This document shows, piece by piece, positions 51,971 through 59,428 of a stretch of DNA of 64,000 nt (its first letter is position 1; every line of letters begins with the position of its first letter). Both the position numbers and the translations under genes were made by a program. Source of the stretch: an uncultured Actinomycetota bacterium (GTDB lineage Bacteria; Actinomycetota; Geothermincolia; Geothermincolales; RBG-13-55-18); NCBI GenBank assembly GCA_964510515.1, contig CAZEAU010000011.1:4712-68711 (forward strand). The letters are read 5' to 3'. The notes under the pieces were generated by a model that saw only the letters and a list, made by a program, of their open reading frames with translations, had not been told where the DNA came from and did not search any database.

Positions 51971-52094
51971 GGGGTGGGATGGCGGAACCTGCACGCTGCG
52001 CCTGCGACCTTCCCGCGCGCCCGCCCGTGAGGACTCCGCCTCCCCGCCCGGGGTTAGCGCTCCAGGTGACCTTCCCGCGCGCCCGCCCGTGAGG
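51946..52094. repeat. Three identical 27-bp repeats separated by 33- and 35-bp spacers
   Basis: GACCTTCCCGCGCGCCCGCCCGTGAGG at 51946, 52006 and 52068. The first copy is the 3' end of the EamA gene. Confidence 0.95.
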
Positions 52095-52208
52095 ACGGCG
52101 TGGCCTTGGCCCGCGGGCCTCCGCACCCGCCCGCCGGCGAGGGGCGGTGCTATAATTACCCCCAACGGCAGCGTTAACGGAACGTCGAGCGTCGATCGGA
52201 GCTTAGGG

Positions 52209-53222
52209 ATGAAGGTGAGACCGCTTCGCCTGGCAGCCGCCGCCTGTTCTCTTTTGCTCATCTTGCCTCTCCTCGCCTGCTCCTGTGGCGGCGGGGAGGC
52301 GGCTTTCCGGGTCGCGCTGGTCGCGCCGGAGCGCGACGGGAAGGGCGAGGGCCGCATCGCGGTGGCCGAATACGGCGCGCGCAGGGTGGAGGCGGAGCTG
52401 GGCGTGGAGGTGGACCTGATTGTCCCCGCCTCGCCCCGGGACCTCGAGGACATCTTCTCCGCCGGGGAGGGGGGCTACGACCTGGTCATATCCCTGGGCC
52501 AGGACTCCTCGCTGGCCGTGCTGGCCGCCCGCCCCGGGGACACGGACATAAGCACCTGCGCCCTGGATATAGAGGTCCCGCAGGCGGTGGAGGGCGAGCA
52601 GGGGGTCGCCCTGGTCCGCTACCGCGTCGAGGAGGGCGCCTACCTTTGCGGATACCTTGCCGGATGGTTGAGCAGCCGCAACGACCACCCGCTGACCAAC
52701 CCCATGCCCCTGGTGGCCTTCATCGGGGCCAGAAGCGACCCCCTCATGGTCCATTACGACAACGGCTTCGGCAAGGGGGCCAGCGCGGGCATCGGCAAGG
52801 AGGGCACCCACGCTTATTACCTGGAGACGGCCGACGACCTGCAGCAGGCACGCGCCCATGCCGAGGAGGCCCTGAAGAAGGGAGCGGACATCATCTTCTG
52901 CACCCCTGGCGCGTTCAACGCGGAGGTGGTCAAGGTGGTCGAGGAGAAGGATGCCCTGGTCATACTGGTGGGCTCCGACCGTTCCTCGGAATCGCCCGCT
53001 CACGTGCTCACCTCGCTCCTGCTCCGGGACGACAACACCGTCTTCGCCGCCGTTAAGGCCGCCCTGGACGGAGACCTGCGGGAAGGCCGCCAGGTATGGG
53101 GGGCGGAGCGCGGCGCTTGGAGTCTGGCGCCCTTTCGCGGGCACGACCCCTACATCCGGCGCGAGCTCAAGGAGAGCCTGCGCAAAGCGGAGCAGGAGGT
53201 GCCCACGCTCGACTTCACCTGA
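52209..53222 (+). CDS. BMP-family ABC transporter substrate-binding lipoprotein
   Basis: Lipobox LAC; YR.EEG.YL.G..AG, GAD.IF, IG.D-like motifs. Confidence 0.8.
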   Translation: MKVRPLRLAAAACSLLLILPLLACSCGGGEAAFRVALVAPERDGKGEGRIAVAEYGARRVEAELGVEVDLIVPASPRDLEDIFSAGEGGYDLVISLGQDSSLAVLAARPGDTDISTCALDIEVPQAVEGEQGVALVRYRVEEGAYLCGYLAGWLSSRNDHPLTNPMPLVAFIGARSDPLMVHYDNGFGKGASAGIGKEGTHAYYLETADDLQQARAHAEEALKKGADIIFCTPGAFNAEVVKVVEEKDALVILVGSDRSSESPAHVLTSLLLRDDNTVFAAVKAALDGDLREGRQVWGAERGAWSLAPFRGHDPYIRRELKESLRKAEQEVPTLDFT

Positions 53223-53397
53223 TGGGGTCGGCCTTGCCATGTGCTATGCGCCCCCGGCTCCCGTCGCGGCCATCGGCGCGACGCTCCCGGCGGAACGGCC
53301 ATCCGCCGACGAGGCGCAGCATGTTAGGGGCCGACCTCGGAGTGGGTATAATGATAACGTTCTCGGGCATGAATGCGGTGTTTAAGGAGGTCGAGAA

Positions 53398-53853
53398 GTG
53401 ACGGAGGCTTTACGGGACGGCGATGAATCCGGCGACATCTTCGCTATGCGCAGAGACATCGGGCGCTTCTTCAGCAATCCTCCCCCTTGGGACAGGAGGC
53501 CCTCCTCCGCCGTCTTTGAGAAGGCGTGGAAGCCCCTGTGCGACGTCTATGAGGGCCCGGAGCACTTCACCGTGGTGGTGGAGCTGGCCTGGGTGGACGA
53601 GGAGAAGGTGGAGGTCACCCTGCACGGCAGGGTGCTCTCCGTCCGTGGTCACCGTGCGCGCTTCCGGCCGCCGGACATGGACAAGACCTACATGCTCGAG
53701 ATAGACTCCGGCGATTTTGAGAGGACCCTGGAGCTCCCCACGGACATAGATGCGGATGGCACCCGCGCCATCTACCGCAAAGGCCTGCTGGAGATCATCC
53801 TGCCTAAGCGCAAGAGAGAGAAACTGCGCGGCGTGGACATCAGCTGCGATTGA
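53398..53853 (+). CDS. Hsp20/alpha-crystallin family protein
   Basis: DVYE....V.VEL..V....V.V.L....L.V.G.R, G.FER..LP, A.Y..G.L.I.LPK. Confidence 0.92.
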   Translation: MTEALRDGDESGDIFAMRRDIGRFFSNPPPWDRRPSSAVFEKAWKPLCDVYEGPEHFTVVVELAWVDEEKVEVTLHGRVLSVRGHRARFRPPDMDKTYMLEIDSGDFERTLELPTDIDADGTRAIYRKGLLEIILPKRKREKLRGVDISCD

Positions 53854-53889
53854 TCCCGCAGCGAGGAAAGCAGACATAGGAGGTACGCC

Positions 53890-56667
53890 TTGCCTGACAG
53901 CGATTTCCCGATGGGCATGACCGAGCCCTACATTCCAGAGATTCTTCCCGTCCTGCCCCTCAAGGAGACGGTTATCTATCCCCATATCATCGTCCCGCTG
54001 CTGATCACCAGGGAGGAATCCGTCAAGCTCATCGACGATGCACTGGCGGCGGACCGCCTGGTGGCCGCGGTGGCCAGCCGGGAGGAGGTGGAGACGCCGT
54101 CGCCGCAGCAGCTCTACGATATCGGCACCGCGGCGGCCATCATCCGCATGCTCAAGCTGCCGGACGGCTCCATGCAGCTCTTCGTGCAGGGCGTGCAGAG
54201 GATACATGTGCGCGAATACGTGGAGCAGCAGCCATACCTCAAAGCCCGGGTGGAGAAGGCCAGGGAGGACGTAGAGGAGACGGTGGAGCTGGAGGGCCTG
54301 GCGCGCAATGTGCTCACGCAGTTCAAGAAGATGGTCACCCTCGCCCCCTACCTGCCCAATGAGATATTCATCGCCGCCATGAATATCGGCGAGCCCAACA
54401 ACCTGGCCGACTTCATCGCCTCCAACATCAACATCGAGGTGGGGGAGAAGCAGGAACTGCTCGAGGCCCTCGACATCAAGGACCGCCTGGAGAAGCTCAC
54501 CGTATTCCTCAACAAGGAGATCGAGATCCTGGAGATCGGTTCGCGCATACAGTCCGAGGTGCAGACGGAGATGTCCAAGAGCCAGCGTGAGTACTTCCTG
54601 CGCGAGCAGCTCAAGGCCATACAGAAGGAGCTGGGCGAGGCCGACGAGCGCACCATGGAGATAAACGAGTTCCGCGAGAAGATGGACGAGAGTGGCATGC
54701 CCGAGGCGGCGCGCAAAGAGGCGGAACGCGAGCTCGACCGCCTGGCCAAGATGCCCGTGGCCGCGGCCGAATACACCGTGGCCCGCACCTACCTGGAATG
54801 GCTCACCAGCCTGCCCTGGAACGCGAGCACGGAGGACAACCTGGATATCAAGCGGGCCCGGCAGGTGCTGGACGAGGACCACTACGACCTGGACAAGGTC
54901 AAGGACCGCATCGTGGAGTACCTGGCCGTGCGCAAGCTCAAGGAGGATATGAAGGGCCCCATCCTCTGCTTCGTGGGGCCGCCTGGCGTGGGCAAGACCT
55001 CCCTGGGCCAGTCTATCGCACGCGCCTTGGGGCGCAAGTTCGCGCGCATCTCCCTGGGCGGCATGCACGACGAGGCGGAGATCAGGGGGCATCGCCGCAC
55101 CTATATCGGGGCCCTCCCGGGCCGCATCATCAGGGGCATACAGAGGGCCGGCTCCAACAACCCGGTGTTCATGCTCGACGAGGTGGACAAGATCGGCGCC
55201 GACTTCCGCGGCGACCCCGCCTCGGCCCTGCTGGAGGTGCTGGACCCGGAGCAGAACCATTCCTTTTCCGACCACTACCTCGACGTGGATTTCGACCTCT
55301 CCAAGGTCATGTTCATCACCACCGCCAATACCCCCGTACCCATACACCCCGCCCTCCTCGACCGCATGGAGGTGCTCGAGCTTCCCGGCTACACCGAGGT
55401 GGAGAAGGTGCATATCGCCACCGACCACCTCCTGCCCCGCCAGTTCGATGCCCACGGACTGAGGAAGAGCCAGATCGCCATCGGCGAGGAGGCGCTGCGG
55501 GCCATCATCCGCAACTACACCCGCGAGGCGGGAGTGCGCAACCTGGAGCGGCAGATAGCCGCCGTGTGCCGCAAGGTGGCCACCGATATCGCCTCCGGCA
55601 AGCGCAAGAGCAGGAAGGTGGCGGAGAAGGACCTGCACGAGCTCCTGGGCCCCTCCCGCTACCGCTTCGAGGTCCTGGAGGAGGAAGACGAGATAGGGGT
55701 GGCCACCGGCCTGGCCTGGACGGAGGCGGGCGGAGACGTCCTCTTCGTGGAGGCCCAGGTCATGCCGGGGGAGGGGGACCTTATCCTCACCGGCAAGCTG
55801 GGGGACGTCATGCAGGAATCGGCCAAGGCGGCCCTTACCTACTGCCGCAGCACGGCGGGCAGCTACGGGGTGGACGCCGGTTTCTTCCGCGGCAACGACA
55901 TGCACGTGCATGTGCCCGCGGGCGCCATCCCCAAGGACGGGCCCAGCGCGGGCGTGACCATGGTCACCGCCCTCATGTCCTCCATCACCAGAAGGAAGGT
56001 GCGCAAGGAGGTCGGCATGACCGGCGAGATAACCTTGCGGGGCAAGGTCCTTCCTATCGGGGGGCTCAAGGAGAAGGTGCTGGCGGCCCACCGCGCCGGC
56101 GTGAAGAAGGTCATCATCCCCGAGGAGAGCCGGAAGTACCTGGAGGAGATACCCGCCTTCATCCGCAAGGACATCAAGTTCATACCCGTAAGGCACATCG
56201 AGGAGGTGCTCAAGGTGGCCCTGCACCCGCCGGTGAAGGCGGGCGCAGCGGGGCAGGGGGTGCCCGCGGCGGGAAAGGCCGCCAAAAAAGCGGCTGTGAA
56301 GCCATCCAAGCCGGCGGTGAAAAAGGCGGCCGGGAAGCCATCCAAGCCGGCGGTGAAAAAGGCGACCGGGAAGGCATCCAAGCCGGCGGTGAAAAAGGTG
56401 GCCGGGAAAGCATCCAAGGCGGCGGTGAAAAGCTCCGCGAGCAAGCCCGCTAAAAAGAAGGCCGTGAAAGCATCCAAGCCGGCGGCGAAAAAAGCGGCCG
56501 TGAAGTCATCCAAGCCCGCGGCCTCCAAAGCCTCCAAGGCGGCGGTGAAAAGCTCCGCGAGCAAGCCCGCTAAAAAGAAGGCCGTGAAGGCATCCAGGCC
56601 GGCGGCGAAAAAAGCGGCGAAGAAGACCGCGAGGCCCGCCGCAAAGAAGACCTCCGGGCTGCGGTAA
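53890..56667 (+). CDS. lon: ATP-dependent Lon protease with a 147-aa Lys/Ala/Pro-rich C-terminal extension
   Basis: GPPGVGKTS, RRTYIGALPG, LDEVDK, PKDGPSAG (catalytic Ser), IGGLKEK (catalytic Lys). Confidence 0.97.
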   Translation: MPDSDFPMGMTEPYIPEILPVLPLKETVIYPHIIVPLLITREESVKLIDDALAADRLVAAVASREEVETPSPQQLYDIGTAAAIIRMLKLPDGSMQLFVQGVQRIHVREYVEQQPYLKARVEKAREDVEETVELEGLARNVLTQFKKMVTLAPYLPNEIFIAAMNIGEPNNLADFIASNINIEVGEKQELLEALDIKDRLEKLTVFLNKEIEILEIGSRIQSEVQTEMSKSQREYFLREQLKAIQKELGEADERTMEINEFREKMDESGMPEAARKEAERELDRLAKMPVAAAEYTVARTYLEWLTSLPWNASTEDNLDIKRARQVLDEDHYDLDKVKDRIVEYLAVRKLKEDMKGPILCFVGPPGVGKTSLGQSIARALGRKFARISLGGMHDEAEIRGHRRTYIGALPGRIIRGIQRAGSNNPVFMLDEVDKIGADFRGDPASALLEVLDPEQNHSFSDHYLDVDFDLSKVMFITTANTPVPIHPALLDRMEVLELPGYTEVEKVHIATDHLLPRQFDAHGLRKSQIAIGEEALRAIIRNYTREAGVRNLERQIAAVCRKVATDIASGKRKSRKVAEKDLHELLGPSRYRFEVLEEEDEIGVATGLAWTEAGGDVLFVEAQVMPGEGDLILTGKLGDVMQESAKAALTYCRSTAGSYGVDAGFFRGNDMHVHVPAGAIPKDGPSAGVTMVTALMSSITRRKVRKEVGMTGEITLRGKVLPIGGLKEKVLAAHRAGVKKVIIPEESRKYLEEIPAFIRKDIKFIPVRHIEEVLKVALHPPVKAGAAGQGVPAAGKAAKKAAVKPSKPAVKKAAGKPSKPAVKKATGKASKPAVKKVAGKASKAAVKSSASKPAKKKAVKASKPAAKKAAVKSSKPAASKASKAAVKSSASKPAKKKAVKASRPAAKKAAKKTARPAAKKTSGLR

Positions 56668-56705
56668 AGGGGCCGCCGCGAAGAGATGGCGCGCCGCTTC
56701 CCCCG

Positions 56706-56742
56706 CCCCCCGCCCCCCGCTGAGGGAGCGGGGGGCGGGGGG
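56706..56742. terminator. 16-bp perfect GC hairpin between convergent genes (bidirectional terminator-like)
   Basis: CCCCCCGCCCCCCGCT-gaggg-AGCGGGGGGCGGGGGG. Confidence 0.65.
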
Positions 56743-56853
56743 GTTCGGAGGTCCATGCGCGCGGGCTTGACTGCGTGGTCTCGTTGCGGGGGCGCCGCCC
56801 CGGGCGGGCGGCCATGTGGGCGTGATGGACGGGCGCTCACGGCCGCGGGGGCG

Positions 56854-57288
56854 TCAGGGTTCGGGGACCACGGGCTCCGGGAGCCACATCCTCTGGGTCG
56901 CGGCGAGGTCCACCTTCCATTTCCAGCCCACCTTGCGCGTCACGTAGGGGACCTCCACGCTTTGTCCGTCCCAGCGGAAGCTGACCATGACCACCGCCAG
57001 GTCGCCCTCCGCCCGTGTCGGCGCGATCTCGATGGAGACGCCGCCGCCGTGCAGGTAAGGCTCCCCGCCCTGGTGGTCGTCCAGGTCGCCCTCGACGGTG
57101 AGCTCGCATGCCCCCGCTTCGTCCCCCGCGATGCGCGCCGAGATGAACTCCCGCACGGCGCTCTGCGGCGTGGACGCGGCGCATCCACAGGCGGCCGCCG
57201 AGAGCAAGGCGAGCGCGGCAAGGGCGACGGCGGGCGCGCGCCCGCGGCGGGCTCTCAGGTCATCTTCTCGCGCTTTCCATGTCCTCAT
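56854..57288 (-). CDS. Hypothetical lipoprotein (DUF4878/NTF2-like)
   Basis: Signal ...AAACGC; TP.SAV.EF...R..GD...A, W.W.VD pattern. Confidence 0.6.
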   Translation of the reverse strand: MRTWKAREDDLRARRGRAPAVALAALALLSAAACGCAASTPQSAVREFISARIAGDEAGACELTVEGDLDDHQGGEPYLHGGGVSIEIAPTRAEGDLAVVMVSFRWDGQSVEVPYVTRKVGWKWKVDLAATQRMWLPEPVVPEP

Positions 57289-57590
57289 CCGCCCCCCTTG
57301 CGGCGGCAGCGCCGCCATTCGCCGGACGGCTCCTTCCGCCCCGAGAGGGACTCGCCGACTTCGCAGTTCACGACCGCGATGAGCCGGTCGCCGCCCCTGC
57401 CACCAACACCTGCCCGGCGACCCTGCCGGCCCTGCTCGCCGCCGCCTTACCGACCTCGTGCCGTTCCATGTCCCCAGTATATATGCTGGCGGGGAGATGA
57501 CGGGCGGCAGCGATATGTAGCCCCCGGCTCCGTTTCTCCCTCTCCCGGCTGCGGTGTTCCCGCCGCAGGGGATAGGACCCGCAGGGCAGT

Positions 57591-57670
57591 CTCAGGCCGT
57601 GGGCCTCGAACTGGCGGGGCAGGAGGTGGTCGGTGGCGATATGCGCCTTCTCCACCTCGGTGTATCCGGG
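57591..57670 (-). repeat. 80-bp inverted copy of an internal lon segment (55384-55463)
   Basis: Ungapped alignment with 4 mismatches; translates YTEVEKAHIATDHLLPRQFEAHGL versus YTEVEKVHIATDHLLPRQFDAHGL in lon. Confidence 0.92.
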
Positions 57671-57736
57671 GAGCCAGCCGTAGCCGGGCGCCCGGCGCGT
57701 GGGGCGAGACGGTTTGAAGGAGCAGCGAGTGAGGGC

Positions 57737-57742
57737 TATAAT
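57737..57742 (+). promoter_or_regulatory. TATAAT -10 box of tRNA-Arg
   Basis: Perfect hexamer 40 nt upstream of the tRNA. Confidence 0.55.
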
Positions 57743-57782
57743 TCTTGGGGTGAAAGGCGCCTTTTACGCCGCGGGTTCTCGA

Positions 57783-57858
57783 GCCCCTGTAGCTCAGTGG
57801 ACAGAGCAATGGATTCCTAATCCATGTGTCGCCAGTTCGATTCTGGCCAGGGGCTCCA
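57783..57858 (+). tRNA. tRNA-Arg (anticodon CCU)
   Basis: GCCCCTGTAGCTCAGTGGACAGAGCA-ATGGA-TT-CCT-AA-TCCAT-GTGTCGCCAGTTCGATTCTGGCCAGGGGCTCCA. Confidence 0.97.
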
Positions 57859-58133
57859 CCGCGGGCGGCATGGAGACCTATGTGCTGGTGCAGAACCCGA
57901 ACCCCGACCCGTTGCTGGCCAGCCTGCACTTTATGACCAGCGGCGGGGGCAAGGCGGGGCCGCAGGCCTTCGCCATCCCCGGCGACTCCCGCGTGACCTT
58001 CCTCCTCAACGACTACGTCACCGAATACGACATCTCCACCATGGTCACCGCCATGGGCGACGTGGTGTGCGAGAGGGCCACGTACGGGGGAGGCCGCACT
58101 TGGGCGCACAACTCCATCGGCTATGCGCCTTAG
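57859..58133 (+). pseudogene. C-terminal fragment of a DUF5719-like surface protein
   Basis: TAGGMETYVLVQNP...VVCERATY...WAHNSIG, the repeat type I recall from large actinobacterial secreted proteins. No signal peptide, no SD; starts flush with the tRNA CCA. Confidence 0.65.
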
Positions 58134-58200
58134 AGCGGGCCCGCACGGAAAGAAAGACGGCGGGAGGGCTGGAGCCCCCCCGCCTCCTCCGTCCCCTCCG

Positions 58201-58556
58201 GTGGCACATCCGTGGCACATCCGGGGTCAACCCCAACAATCGCCATAGCACTTCCGGTGGCACTTCTGGGGTCAACCCTCGAGAGGGACGCCAGCGAAAA
58301 CCATTTGTAAGTGGCACATCCGGGGTCAACCCCAACAATCGCCATAGCACTTCCGGTGGCACTTCTGGGGTCAACCCTCGAGAGGGACGCCAGCGAAAAC
58401 CATTTGTAAGTGGCACAGGGTGGGGTTGACACCGTAAGGGACATCAGCTGAAGAAACGTCGGTTCTGGCACTTCCCGGGGTTGACCCCGGAAAGGACGGA
58501 AGGGAAGTTGGGGAGTTAAGTTATGGCACTTCCCGGGGTTGACCCCGGAAGGGACG
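58201..58556. repeat. REP/BIME-like array including an exact 99-bp tandem duplication
   Basis: (G)TGGCAC + GGGGTCAACCCC/GGGGTTGACCCC palindrome units at 58212, 58257, 58311, 58356, 58410 (degenerate), 58466 and 58524. 58212-58310 is identical to 58311-58409. Confidence 0.9.
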
Positions 58557-58631
58557 CCGGGGGAGCGGCGGGCACCGTCCCCATCCGGGCGAAGTCGTTG
58601 ACGCCGCGTCGCCGGCGGCGGTCTCTCGCGC

Positions 58632-59243
58632 TCATCTGCCGCGGCCGGTGACGAAGTCGGCGAAGACGTCTACCACGGAGTAGATGTCCTCCTCCCCGTC
58701 GAACCAGTCCAGCTTCATGAACTCGACGTAAGCCACCACGAAATGGAAGCCGAGTATGGTGACCACCGCCGAAAGGGTGCTCACGTCGCGGTTTATCTCC
58801 CCCCTCTTCTTGCCCTCCTCGACGATGGCGTAGAAGAGCCGGTATATGGACTGGAAGGTGCCCCGGACATCCTCGCGCAGGTCCTCGTCTCCCAGAACGT
58901 CGAGGGCCTGGAAGATGAGCTTGACCTTGAACGGGTGCTGCTCGAGGTAGGCGAGAAAGTTCCTCTCGCTCATCTTGAGGAAGGTGCGCATATCGTCCAT
59001 GGGGGGAGCGGAGCGCCCCAGGGCCTCGAAGAGCTCGCGGTGCGCCTGCTTGACCGCTTCGCGGTAGAGCTCCTTCTTGTTCTCGAAGTGAATGAAGAGG
59101 GTGCGCTCGCTGACCCCCGCCTCCCGCGCGATCTCTCTGGTCGTGGCCGAGTGATAGCACTTCCCCCCCATCACGCGCACGGCCGCCTCCAGTATCTGTC
59201 CGCGGCGGGCCTCCGCGCCGGGCCTTTTCGCCCCCTTATCCAT
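58632..59243 (-). CDS. TetR/AcrR family transcriptional regulator
   Basis: RR.QILEAA..V....Y..ATTREIA.EAGVSE.TLF.HF.NK.EL. Confidence 0.95.
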   Translation of the reverse strand: MDKGAKRPGAEARRGQILEAAVRVMGGKCYHSATTREIAREAGVSERTLFIHFENKKELYREAVKQAHRELFEALGRSAPPMDDMRTFLKMSERNFLAYLEQHPFKVKLIFQALDVLGDEDLREDVRGTFQSIYRLFYAIVEEGKKRGEINRDVSTLSAVVTILGFHFVVAYVEFMKLDWFDGEEDIYSVVDVFADFVTGRGR

Positions 59244-59255
59244 CGCCTCTCCTCA

Positions 59256-59277
59256 TGTAAGTAAGTGTTTACTTACA
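59256..59277. promoter_or_regulatory. Putative TetR operator
   Basis: Perfect palindrome TGTAAGTAA-gtgt-TTACTTACA between divergent tetR and the CoA-ligase operon. Confidence 0.75.
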
Positions 59278-59428
59278 ATGATGATACCGGGTCACGATGG
59301 CGATGTAAACAGCAGTTTAGCAGCGAAGACACGAATACGTGGAAGCAGCTTGATTACCGCACATGGCTTTGCTATATTACCATGGTATAGTGATGGCTTT
59401 TTTGGGCTGTACGGCGATGGGAGAAAAA

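Noticed and set aside
53410-56226. 938-aa minus-strand ORF and similar long shadow ORFs (e.g. 1396-3516, 23196-25634, 49402-51588)
   Set aside because: They lie antisense to well-supported genes and are expected by-products of high-GC codon bias; no motifs.
58201-58556. Calling this array a CRISPR
   Set aside because: Spacers are short and duplicated, repeats are heterogeneous, and no cas genes or leader are present; kept as REP-like.
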